DNA of 64,000 nt, taken from a virus. Below are positions 27,731 through 36,301 of the stretch, piece after piece. The position numbers were made by a program, and so were the translations under genes. The DNA lies in IMG/VR virus record IMGVR_UViG_3300046660_000367, positions 1-64,000 of that record; one strand, 5' to 3'. Each line of letters starts with the position of its first letter. Position 1 is the first letter of the stretch. Under the pieces are notes generated by a model. That model did no database searches and had not been told where the DNA came from. It saw only the letters and a list, made by a program, of their open reading frames with translations.

Positions 27731-28105
27731 CTATGCCTGCGCAAGGGTTGTGCTGTCGTTCGACGCTTGCGCCGGCCCGAACAGCGCTTCGACCAGGTAG
27801 TCGCGCCGGGCGTGGCCGGTTTGGTAGTAGGCAAAACTGCGCTGCACTGGCAAAGCGTCGGGCGTGATTTGCTCGTCATCGAGCCGTGCCTGGTCGGGAC
27901 CGGGCGCCCATAGCTGGGTCCCGTCGGGCCGGTGCGCACGGCAGTCGGCGCGCAGGCGGTACAGGTACACCAATGCCGACTTCGGTGTGACAGCAAGCAG
28001 CACGGCGATATCTTCGTGGCTGGTGGCGCCGTGCTGAATCAGGTACTCGGCGACCAGGTTCAAGCGCCTGATCCCCTCTGGCTTGGAAAATCGCGTGCCG
28101 GCCAT
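27731..28105 (-). CDS. Putative winged-HTH protein
   Basis: TSHEDIAVLLAVTPKSALVYLYRL; C-terminal RRDYLVEALFG motif. Confidence 0.6.
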   Translation of the reverse strand: MAGTRFSKPEGIRRLNLVAEYLIQHGATSHEDIAVLLAVTPKSALVYLYRLRADCRAHRPDGTQLWAPGPDQARLDDEQITPDALPVQRSFAYYQTGHARRDYLVEALFGPAQASNDSTTLAQA

Positions 28106-28124
28106 CTGCTGGTCTCCGTATCGT

Positions 28125-28478
28125 TCATGCCGCCGGGTCAAGTGCCCCGGTCTGGTCGTTCGCCGCACTGCTGTCGCGCGCCGCCGGCCGATCGCTGCGC
28201 CGGCGCCGTGCCAGCGGCATATCGGCCGGCGACAACGACTGCAGCACCAGGTCGATGCCGAGCGCACGCAAGGTGCCGTACAGGCGGCCAACGTGCATGG
28301 CGTCGGGGTCGCTTTCCAGCACCGATATCTGCGATTGGCTCAGCCCCACCTTGGCGCCGAGCTGACGCTGTGACCAGCGGCGCGCACGCCGCGCACGAAT
28401 GATGGTGCCCGCCATCAGCTGGCACCACTGGTGGCTTTCTTCTTCCAGTGTCAGAGTCAATGGTTTACGCGCTGTCAT
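28125..28478 (-). CDS. XRE-family HTH protein, HipB-like
   Basis: RARRARRWSQRQLGAKVGLSQSQISVLESDPD...TLRALGIDLVL. Confidence 0.75.
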   Translation of the reverse strand: MTARKPLTLTLEEESHQWCQLMAGTIIRARRARRWSQRQLGAKVGLSQSQISVLESDPDAMHVGRLYGTLRALGIDLVLQSLSPADMPLARRRRSDRPAARDSSAANDQTGALDPAA

Positions 28479-28522
28479 CCAGTCTCCTTTTCCCCCAGCA
28501 CGCGGCACGCCCGCGTCGCGTC

Positions 28523-29140
28523 CTACGCTTTCCTGCCGGTCCTCGGCACGAAAAACTCCCTGATATCCGCATACTTCATCGTTAGCGCCCCACCGAACGC
28601 CTTCACGAACGCCGTGTCGTAGCTGGCCGCATTGAGGTTCGGCGAACGTATCTTCACGCCCGGCACGATCTCGCACAGCAGGTTGTCGGCATCGACCGAC
28701 ACATGCACCCGGCAGGCATACGGCCGCTGCGCATAGATGCTGCACCCCTGCTCGGTCAGAAAAGTGCACGCCACGCCCTCGTACTTCTCTTGCAACTCGC
28801 CGCCGAACTGGTTGAAACGCGCCGGCATCGTCAGCTTCGCGCCGGTCTCGCGCGCGATCACCTCGGCCTCCTGCACCGACACCAGCGTGGCCATCTTGCA
28901 GCAATGGTTGCAGCCCTTTTTGCATGGGGCAATGCCGCTTGAGGCCTTGACCACGCCGTCAGCCAGTTGGCGCAGCAGCACCACCTTGGCCTGCTTGCTG
29001 TTGGCCGCCTTGGCCAGCTCGGCCAGCTTTTGCCCCGCCACCGTGTCGATGCGCGCATAGATCGCATCGGAGCGTTTCTGCGCCTCGACCAGCATGTCCG
29101 GGTCGGCGCCGCGTGCGCGGATTGCTTCCATGTCAGCCAC
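28523..29140 (-). CDS. Second YkgJ-family cysteine-cluster protein
   Basis: CKKGCNHCC, ACTFL...CSIYAQRPYACR. Confidence 0.88.
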   Translation of the reverse strand: MADMEAIRARGADPDMLVEAQKRSDAIYARIDTVAGQKLAELAKAANSKQAKVVLLRQLADGVVKASSGIAPCKKGCNHCCKMATLVSVQEAEVIARETGAKLTMPARFNQFGGELQEKYEGVACTFLTEQGCSIYAQRPYACRVHVSVDADNLLCEIVPGVKIRSPNLNAASYDTAFVKAFGGALTMKYADIREFFVPRTGRKA

Positions 29141-29282
29141 GGCGACCGTACTCCTTCAGTGAGATAAACATGCCGGCAGTGCGGTGATGTTTACGTTTCC
29201 CATAAGGCGGGGCAGTGCCTGGCCGCCAGCACCCGGCGTACTCGCCCTCGCGCTGGTTGCGACTATGGATCAAATCAGTCAT
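29133..29282 (-). CDS. Small hypothetical protein (SRNQREGEY motif)
   Basis: Fills the gap between co-oriented genes and shares a motif with two neighbours. Confidence 0.45.
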   Translation of the reverse strand: MTDLIHSRNQREGEYAGCWRPGTAPPYGKRKHHRTAGMFISLKEYGRRG

Positions 29283-29604
29283 TGCGCTGCCCCTTGGCGA
29301 TATAGCGCGGGTGGCGCAATGGTTGCGGTTCGCCGGCGCGGTGCGAGGCCACGCTCCAGGCGACATCGGCAGCCGGCGCACCGAACCAGTAACGCAGTTG
29401 CTTGGCCGTGCGCAGGTGGCGCCCACGGAACTTGCCGATATAGCGCCCCTCGCGGGCGTTGCGGCTATCACGCCGTTGCAGTGCCCACGCCAGCGCATTC
29501 TCCACCAGCTCGTCCATGGTCTGGCCCACGTCCACGGCGAATTGCGCCAGGTTGCGCGCCAACTCGTCGGGCAGCCGAAGCTCGATCTCGATCTTGTCGT
29601 CCAT
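29275..29604 (-). CDS. Ribbon-helix-helix-like protein with SRNAREGRY tail
   Basis: IEIELRLPDELARNLAQFAVDVGQTMDELVENAL. Confidence 0.6.
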   Translation of the reverse strand: MDDKIEIELRLPDELARNLAQFAVDVGQTMDELVENALAWALQRRDSRNAREGRYIGKFRGRHLRTAKQLRYWFGAPAADVAWSVASHRAGEPQPLRHPRYIAKGQRND

Positions 29605-29786
29605 CACTGGCCCCTTTGGCGGGCCGGGTAGTCCGCCCCGATCTGGATGAAGTCGGAACAGCGTGACACGCCTGGCGGCGGGCAGAACACGCTGTAGGAC
29701 TGCCAGGAACTGGCGGTGGCCATATAGCGGTAGCACATGCTGCGGTCAGGGCAGGTCGGGGTGGCGCACATGGAAATGTCAGCCAT
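29604..29786 (-). CDS. Small Cys-rich phage protein
   Basis: DISMC...CP...CYRY...QSY pattern. Confidence 0.65.
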   Translation of the reverse strand: MADISMCATPTCPDRSMCYRYMATASSWQSYSVFCPPPGVSRCSDFIQIGADYPARQRGQ

Positions 29787-30441
29787 GATCGCCTCCCCAC
29801 ACCGCGATGAAATCCCGGCTGCCGTTGTGCGCGCGCGAGTACAGCCAGTCCGGGTAGATGATCCGGTGCGGCCGGTTCCAGATCGACTTGTGCCGGTGCA
29901 CCTGCTCGTTGCCGATGAAAATGTAGCTCTCGCAGGCGTCCAGCAGCGCTTCCTCGTCCACGCCGAACATATTGCCGCCCGCCTCGGGCCGATCTTCGCG
30001 CCACTTGTGTGTCACCCAGCAGGCCACCACCACCTGCGGCTTGTAGTAGTCGATGGCCTCGTCGGCGGCCATCTTGAACACGTTGGGGCCGTAGCTGATG
30101 ACCTTTTGGTGGGTTGCCGCGTACGCTGCCGCGATGGCCGGGTCCTGCTGCATCCAGTTATCGGTGGCGGCAATGCCCAGCGCGCCGGCCAGGGCGCCGT
30201 GCCCTGCGCCGATCTCGATCGCGCTGCGCCCGCCAATCTCGTTGCTGACCCACGCCACCAGCTCGGTCGTGGGCAAGCCGTACAGCGCGTTGCGGGCACC
30301 CAGCAAGGCGCGTTCCTCGACACTGGTGGCGCGGTAGTAGTCGGCCGGCATGATGCGCGGCCGGCCTGGCGTGCTGTCGTCCATCACCTCGTCGCTACGG
30401 TCGCGCACGTTGCGGATATCGATGATTTTCATGCCGTCCAT
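29779..30441 (-). CDS. Class I SAM-dependent methyltransferase-like protein
   Basis: AIEIGAGHGALA motif I; YIFIGN. Confidence 0.55.
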   Translation of the reverse strand: MDGMKIIDIRNVRDRSDEVMDDSTPGRPRIMPADYYRATSVEERALLGARNALYGLPTTELVAWVSNEIGGRSAIEIGAGHGALAGALGIAATDNWMQQDPAIAAAYAATHQKVISYGPNVFKMAADEAIDYYKPQVVVACWVTHKWREDRPEAGGNMFGVDEEALLDACESYIFIGNEQVHRHKSIWNRPHRIIYPDWLYSRAHNGSRDFIAVWGGDHG

Positions 30442-30806
30442 CAGTGGAATCCCTTGTCGATACCGTCGATGTAGGCTTCGGCTTCTGCCATGTTGTCAAC
30501 CTGCATGGCGACCAGCTTGATGTTGTGCGCCCTGGCCAGTATGGCGGCGATGCGCCGGTCGGCTTCCTGCTGATCGGGTTCCTTGCCGGTTTCCTTGGCA
30601 GTCAGGACGGCGGCCAGCTGGCCGATGGCGCGACAGGCCATCGCGGCGGAGAACACCACGTCTTCCCACTCCAGCACGTTGTCGTCAGCGTTGACGGCTG
30701 CGACCATTTGCTGGGTCAGGTAGGCGGCGAACGAGGCCACATGGTTCCCGCGCTCGGCGGTCATGGTGGTGGCGTTGTCGTCGGTCGGTTGTTGGTCGTT
30801 TTCCAT
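30441..30806 (-). CDS. Hypothetical protein
   Basis: Good codon usage; abuts the downstream gene. Confidence 0.65.
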   Translation of the reverse strand: MENDQQPTDDNATTMTAERGNHVASFAAYLTQQMVAAVNADDNVLEWEDVVFSAAMACRAIGQLAAVLTAKETGKEPDQQEADRRIAAILARAHNIKLVAMQVDNMAEAEAYIDGIDKGFH

Positions 30807-30818
30807 GGTTCGCTTTCG

Positions 30819-31067
30819 TTATGGGGTGGGTGGCGACAGGCCAAGCGCGGCCCGCCATGCGGTGGTGGCCGAGCGCGGGCCGCAGACCATGTTCACGCCC
30901 AGGCGCTGCGACAGCAGGCCATCGACGACCCACTCGTCGCCGTCTTCCTGGCTTTCGTCGGCCCAGGAGCGCATCAGCGTGACCATGTCGGTGAGCGGCA
31001 TCCAGCCCCGGATGACGCGGCAGTCGCGGGTGTGGGTGATGGTGTAGCTGCGTTCTCGTTCGGTCAC
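30819..31067 (-). CDS. Hypothetical protein
   Basis: GTGA overlap with the upstream gene. Confidence 0.5.
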   Translation of the reverse strand: MTERERSYTITHTRDCRVIRGWMPLTDMVTLMRSWADESQEDGDEWVVDGLLSQRLGVNMVCGPRSATTAWRAALGLSPPTP

Positions 31068-31291
31068 GCGAAAGCTCCGGTCAGGATGGCGAAATAGCGC
31101 AGGTCGGGCGGATACAGCTGGCCGACCGCCCACTTGGCGGCGGCGTCAGCAGCGCCAAAATCCGGCCAGGGCGTGGCATGGCGCACGTTGGGCACCGTGT
31201 ACACCTTGGTGATCTTGCGGCCGGCGCCATCCGGGTAGTGTTCGACGACGAGGAAACCACCGTAGACGGCGATGTAATAGGGCGCGCTCAC
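31064..31291 (-). CDS. Hypothetical protein
   Basis: GGAGG RBS, GTG start, overlaps on both sides. Confidence 0.55.
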   Translation of the reverse strand: MSAPYYIAVYGGFLVVEHYPDGAGRKITKVYTVPNVRHATPWPDFGAADAAAKWAVGQLYPPDLRYFAILTGAFA

Positions 31292-31515
31292 AGCCACACC
31301 TCCACAATACAAGGGGCGTCTTGTTCCTGGCGATCTAGGCGATACAGGTCGGGCGGCAGCCGCAGCCGCACAGCATCGAGCGTCGGCGCGAGCAGGTAGG
31401 AGGCGGTCGCCTGGTGGGTCATGCCGTCCCATAGCCGTGCGACAAAATGGTCAGGGAAGTCGTCGGGTCGGGCGGAGATCACCCATATCGGCAGGCGGAT
31501 AGTCGTCATTCTCAT
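31288..31515 (-). CDS. Conserved small phage protein
   Basis: WVISARPDDFPDHFVAR...DAPCIVEVWL. Confidence 0.65.
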   Translation of the reverse strand: MRMTTIRLPIWVISARPDDFPDHFVARLWDGMTHQATASYLLAPTLDAVRLRLPPDLYRLDRQEQDAPCIVEVWL

Positions 31516-31976
31516 GCTGTTCCTGGAACACGGGTGCGCCAATGCCGGCCGCCATGCTTGAAGCCGTAGCGGCCCTCGCGGGCGTTGCGGCTGGTCCGCG
31601 GCACCGTCAGCAGGGCGCGCAGCGTATCCAATGTCAGCTGGTGGGCGTCAGCGTACTCGCGTTCGAGCATCGAGCGGATGCGCTCGTGGCCGGCCTGCGC
31701 CTCGGCCCAGGTGCGATAGCGCTCCATGGCGCCATAGTCACCGTCAGTAAAGAACACCATGGTCTCGAACAGGATCGGGTCGTCTTGCCGGAAGTGGTTG
31801 TGGTCGAGCGCGAGGAACACGGTGCTGACCCGGTAATGTTCGGTGCGGTCGTCACCGATCCGGCAAGCGGCCAAATTGTTGGCGTGCCACGTTCCCCACT
31901 CGATCACGTCGAAGCAGGGGACCGGCACGCGGTCGGCGCCGATCGTATAGAAGCCAGCCCAGCCGTCCAAGCTCAT
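31512..31976 (-). CDS. Hypothetical protein (VSTVFLALDH..FETMVF..RY.TW.EA.AGH family) with SRNAREGRY tail
   Basis: Recognisable phage motif; ATGA overlap with the LuxR gene. Confidence 0.7.
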   Translation of the reverse strand: MSLDGWAGFYTIGADRVPVPCFDVIEWGTWHANNLAACRIGDDRTEHYRVSTVFLALDHNHFRQDDPILFETMVFFTDGDYGAMERYRTWAEAQAGHERIRSMLEREYADAHQLTLDTLRALLTVPRTSRNAREGRYGFKHGGRHWRTRVPGTA

Positions 31977-32701
31977 AGCGGCGCCACCGGCCGCGTCAGC
32001 AGTCCGAGTGTCAGCGCCTTTACCACGCAGTCGGTGATGTTGCTGCAACCGAGCTTGACGACCGCATGGCCGCGCACGTAATCCACCCGCCGCAGCGAAA
32101 TGCCCATCCGGCGCGAGGTCTGCTTGGACGTGTAGCCATCGGCCGTCCATGCCAGCACTTCCCTTTCTTCGCGCGTCAGCGTGACGGTGTCGTTCACCAG
32201 CAGGGTAGGGGAGACCAGCTTGCGCACCGCCTCGTCCATCACATCGGTCAAAACGGTCCAGCGCGGCAGCTCGTTCTCGTATTCCTGCTGGCCGAACGGT
32301 CCGCTGGTGCGCAACGCGGTGAAGCGGCCGATGGCATGGTTGCGATCGGCGGCGGCCAGGGTCCAGCCGGCGCGTACGCCGAGCCGGCGCATGTCCATCC
32401 AGAACAGGTCGGGCGGCCTTCCCTCGATCGGCCACAGCATCAGTTTGGCCGAGTTGCGCGCGTGCAGTGCCGTGGGCAAGGCCGCCTGCGCGCGGTGCGC
32501 CTCGACTTTGGCCAGCAATTCGCCGTCCAGGTTGGCGAGGAATAGGGAGCGGGGGGCACTCACCGGCAAGATCGTCTCCAGGGTATAACCACAATATTCA
32601 AAGCCCAGCATGCTGGCCAGCGCGACGGCGCCTTGCAGGGCGCCGTCAAGGGTCTGGTTAGGGACCAGCAATGTGCTGGCACAACGCTCGTACCAGTGCA
32701 T
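31973..32701 (-). CDS. LuxR-family regulator (autoinducer-binding fold plus HTH), solo
   Basis: LGFEYCGY...FWMDMRRLGVRAGWT...LTREEREVLAWTADGYTSKQTSRRMGIS; no luxI in the window. Confidence 0.9.
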   Translation of the reverse strand: MHWYERCASTLLVPNQTLDGALQGAVALASMLGFEYCGYTLETILPVSAPRSLFLANLDGELLAKVEAHRAQAALPTALHARNSAKLMLWPIEGRPPDLFWMDMRRLGVRAGWTLAAADRNHAIGRFTALRTSGPFGQQEYENELPRWTVLTDVMDEAVRKLVSPTLLVNDTVTLTREEREVLAWTADGYTSKQTSRRMGISLRRVDYVRGHAVVKLGCSNITDCVVKALTLGLLTRPVAPL

Positions 32702-34086
32702 CAGCCAACTGCAGCCACGCTGGCCTCTTTCGCTGAATCGGTCAACCAGCCGCCAATCACCCGGTACATGTCCGTCACGCTGCCGTTGATCGGAACGTAG
32801 CGCTCGCCGGCTGCGCGGCGGGCATGCTTGGCCAGCTCATGCGACACGAACTTGATCAGCACGATCACCTTGTCGCAGTTGCGCACGCTGTCGATCTTCT
32901 TGCTGCTTTCGATGCACTCGAATTCAACGGACTGGAAACGCCGCTCAAGGTCGTCGGCGTAGGTGCTGCGATTGCCGACAATGCCGACGCGCATGACCTT
33001 GCGTGCCGGCACCGCGGGCGCGAGGGACAAGTGCGCTGGCGGCGTTGGCCGCGGCGGCGCAGCTTTTGCCAGGCCTTCGAGCAGCGCTGGCAGCAGCTGG
33101 GAGCCGATCTCGCGCACCAGCAGATCGACGAAGGGCTTGAAGGCGGTTTCCCAAGGGTTCGGCTCGGCAGCGACCGCGGCGGCGCGTGCCAGCAGCTCGC
33201 TATGCGCCTGCTGTGCCACCGCCATCTTTTGCTGGCCTTCCTCGACCTGCATGGCACGCACCGTCTTGAACGCCTCGATCAGCGGCCCGCGCAACATCGA
33301 CATGGCGACCTGTTTCAGGTTTTTGCGGCGGCGCTCGTCGGGCAGCACGATCTGCGCGCTGTACACGTCGGCCGCGTTCAGGGCGCCCAGGTTATTGCGT
33401 TCGGGGTACTTGGCATGCGGGTACTGGCGGTGCAGCTCGGCGGCGATCTTGACCCATTCGGTCTTGGTCCAGAATATCTTGCAGCTGGGTGCGTGGGGGG
33501 CGGTTTGGGTGATGACCGGGTGCAGCTTGGCCGGGGCGGCGGGTTTGGCTGCTGCCTCTGGCGGGCGCACGCCGGTGAACATCGGGTCGCCTAAACGCCT
33601 GGCTTCGGCGTAGATCACCCGCAGACGCACGATCGGGGAGCCAAGGGCGTTGAAGGTGCGCTGCCTGTCAGGCGCCATCATGCCGCCGGCCTTGTTCAGG
33701 TGACCGAGCCGGAGCTGGGCCAGGTCGGGCGAGTTGAACAGGTCCAATTGCGGGAACAGCGTCATCAGCGACAGCGCATAGAGCCGCCATTCTTCCGGGG
33801 ACCAGCGCACGAGCGCGTTGGGCGGTTTCTGGCGTTGACGGGGTGGGGATGGGACGCCGCCGCCAGCCTGGATCAGCTTGGCCGTCAGCTTCTTGACCAT
33901 GCCCTGCGTGAGCGCCCGCTGTCGATCCCGCGGGAAGGTGGCGTGCATGACCACGACAACTTCGTGGGCGGTGAAAACGAACTGCTTCGGCGTCACGGCC
34001 TGGGCTGCGGCCCGATCGGGGAATTGCTGCCGCAAGGCCTGCGCCAGTGCGTTAAATTCCTGCTCGGTCCAGTGAATTTTGGTCAT
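32701..34086 (-). CDS. Protein with three W(T/S)xxE repeats and a C-terminal DUF2325-like domain
   Basis: IHWTEQEF, VRWSPEEW, IFWTKTEW; VGIVGN...DKVIVLIKFVSH. Confidence 0.7.
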   Translation of the reverse strand: MTKIHWTEQEFNALAQALRQQFPDRAAAQAVTPKQFVFTAHEVVVVMHATFPRDRQRALTQGMVKKLTAKLIQAGGGVPSPPRQRQKPPNALVRWSPEEWRLYALSLMTLFPQLDLFNSPDLAQLRLGHLNKAGGMMAPDRQRTFNALGSPIVRLRVIYAEARRLGDPMFTGVRPPEAAAKPAAPAKLHPVITQTAPHAPSCKIFWTKTEWVKIAAELHRQYPHAKYPERNNLGALNAADVYSAQIVLPDERRRKNLKQVAMSMLRGPLIEAFKTVRAMQVEEGQQKMAVAQQAHSELLARAAAVAAEPNPWETAFKPFVDLLVREIGSQLLPALLEGLAKAAPPRPTPPAHLSLAPAVPARKVMRVGIVGNRSTYADDLERRFQSVEFECIESSKKIDSVRNCDKVIVLIKFVSHELAKHARRAAGERYVPINGSVTDMYRVIGGWLTDSAKEASVAAVG

Positions 34087-34413
34087 GGTGCCCCACTTGT
34101 ACGTGAAAAGTTGTTCGTTGACATAAAGCAAACCATACACACAAAATTGAATGAAAGACACTGCGGAAAATACCAATTCCGGTATTAAAATTACAATACT
34201 CACGGGACAGGAATGATGCAGCCAAGCAAAACGCCCGGTATTGTACAGGGCATTGTGATTTTGTGTCGTAGTTGCCTAGTTGCTATTTGGTGACAAAAGT
34301 CGGCCGACCGTGCGCCGCCAGCGCCCGCGCGCGTTGCGCCTGCGCGAAGTTGCAAAAAAGACAACATCAGTAACCCAAGGAACCCCATTGCCAAAGCAAC
34401 AGCACAAGAAGAC

Positions 34414-35060
34414 TGCACCCCTACGGGGCGCACAAGGTAGCGGGCCTACGGCCCTATAGACTCAACACCGAAACGCTGCCGCCAAGGGCTAGAGCAGGGC
34501 GATTTACCCTCCGGGCTAAATCGTCGGCCATCCCGCCGACTCGGCGCAGGGACGCGCCTCCCTGCCGTGCCGATTGCCCCCTGCTCGGAAACGCAACGGG
34601 GCCTCGAACTCAGCAGAGTCTACAGGTGGAAAGCGCAATTCCTGTGCCAGTGGCCGGGGCGAACCGGGGTTTCTGTTCTCGTAAGAGAACGGCCTCTAAA
34701 AACGCAGGCGTGGCGGTTTTGCGCAGCAAAATCGGGGCGCAACAACGCGAGAGCGTTGGGGGTTATTGTTGCCAGTGAACAAGTCTCCTGGACCGGGTTT
34801 AAAGTAAGTATGAACTCACACAGGTAGCGGCTTGGCTAGGGCATAAGACAATACGTAAGAAGGGACGCGATAAAATAATGAATGTAATCAATTAGTTGCA
34901 CGATTTCAAATTGCAGGAACTGAAACTAAACTTTCAGTTCCTGCAATTACTCTTTCAGTTTATGGTCTGTTTTTGATTGAAGTTCTTTCAAACGGTGAAA
35001 GAGCAGGCATCAAAAATTCATCCAAATTGATTGAACTCTTTGATGGATTATCTTTCATCA
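34414..35060. other. Candidate plasmid replication origin: hairpin cluster, 17-bp inverted repeat and CTTTCA/TGAAAG iteron-like repeats
   Basis: Many GC hairpins at 34414-34760; perfect IR AATTGCAGGAACTGAAA-N6-TTTCAGTTCCTGCAATT at 34909-34948; AT-rich 34860-35120; directly upstream of the Rep gene. Confidence 0.7.
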
Positions 35061-35124
35061 CGTGAGAAATGTTACATCAAAAAACCTATCGTTATGATTG
35101 ACACTGCTGATGTGATGTTGTTTA

Positions 35125-35760
35125 ATGCAAAGGTTTCCAAAATTCAAACGTGCCATGAAACCTATCCTGCCATCCACGCCCCCTGTTCTCAAGACGCGAC
35201 GCGGTGATATCGTGTACGAGTCTAATCCCTTTCTGAAGGGGGCTGTGGCCAACACCAATCGAGGGGTTAAGCGCATCACCAGCCAAGACAGCGAACGTAT
35301 GCTTGTCGTTAGCGAAAAGAGCGGCGAGGTGCTGGGCGGGGCTGGGTTCTGGCAAACCAAGCAAGTCGATAAGACCCAATTCATCAAGCTATACGTCAAC
35401 GGCGTCAAGGGCCTGGCCGACTTGACCAGCGCTGGCACCAAGTTGTTCGGCGTCCTTTACATGGAAATGCAGAAGCAGATGGGTGAGGATCAAATCTTCC
35501 TTAGCCACACGCATCTGGACAAGGCGATCTTTCCCGATTTGAGTCCGGCAACCTTTTCGCGCGGCGTGCGCGAATTGAAGGACAAGAATTTCATTGCGCC
35601 CATGATGACGCAGGGCTGGTTTTTTGTGAACCCCGATTTCATCTGGAACGGCGACCGCCTGGCGTTCGTGCAGGAGTACCGCCTGCGCGACCAGGACCGG
35701 ACGCCTGCCCCCGGCCCTGTTGAGGCTGTCACTCACACCGACACGGACGAAGAAGAATGA
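35125..35760 (+). CDS. RepL-family (wHTH) plasmid replication initiator
   Basis: VDKTQFIKLY, LSPATFSRGVRELKDKNFI, GWFFVNPDFIWNGDR; start codon uncertain. Confidence 0.82.
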   Translation: MQRFPKFKRAMKPILPSTPPVLKTRRGDIVYESNPFLKGAVANTNRGVKRITSQDSERMLVVSEKSGEVLGGAGFWQTKQVDKTQFIKLYVNGVKGLADLTSAGTKLFGVLYMEMQKQMGEDQIFLSHTHLDKAIFPDLSPATFSRGVRELKDKNFIAPMMTQGWFFVNPDFIWNGDRLAFVQEYRLRDQDRTPAPGPVEAVTHTDTDEEE

Positions 35761-36287
35761 GAGTCAACGCGCATAAGCGAAGTGCGCTCCTGGCGTCGAA
35801 GATGATCATCGGCGCCTCGCCGACGCCCGAGACCGAGCAGCAGCTGCGCAGCGAGCAAGGCTATCCGCCTGATGCGGAAGTGACCATGTCAGTGTTCGAG
35901 GTCGAGATCGACAACACCATCCGCTACTGCTGCTGGTCTGGCGGCGCGCTGATCCCTGACCCCGACGGCTCGGGCCACCCCGTTCCGCACCTGACGCCTG
36001 CCGGCGTCGGCGCGTGCGAAGCGCTGCTGCGTCTGCCGTACCTGTACGGCCCCGACGGTGAATTTCTGCACACCTTGGTCTTTCACGGCATCGCCGTAGG
36101 TAAGACGCCGCTGCGCGACAAGGTCATATCCGCGTTTCGTATGACGGCCGATGTCAACGCGGTGATCTGTTTCGTCGGCGACCTGGCCAAAGAGCTGAAC
36201 GGCAAGATGGGCGTTACCTTCAACGTCTGTGACGCCGTGCCGATCGGCGAGATCGCCGGCATGCGCCGGCCTGGCGAGTCCCGTTAG
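35757..36287 (+). CDS. Hypothetical protein coupled to rep
   Basis: ATGA overlap; good codon usage. Confidence 0.7.
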   Translation: MRVNAHKRSALLASKMIIGASPTPETEQQLRSEQGYPPDAEVTMSVFEVEIDNTIRYCCWSGGALIPDPDGSGHPVPHLTPAGVGACEALLRLPYLYGPDGEFLHTLVFHGIAVGKTPLRDKVISAFRMTADVNAVICFVGDLAKELNGKMGVTFNVCDAVPIGEIAGMRRPGESR

Positions 36288-36301
36288 CGCAGCTGGCCGA
36301 G

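Noticed and set aside
34414-34830. Hairpin cluster as a retron msr/msd, tRNA or UNCG-loop RNA
   Set aside because: No RT and no cloverleaf; the apparent cUACGg loops pair better as 3-nt loops that read GNA on the opposite strand
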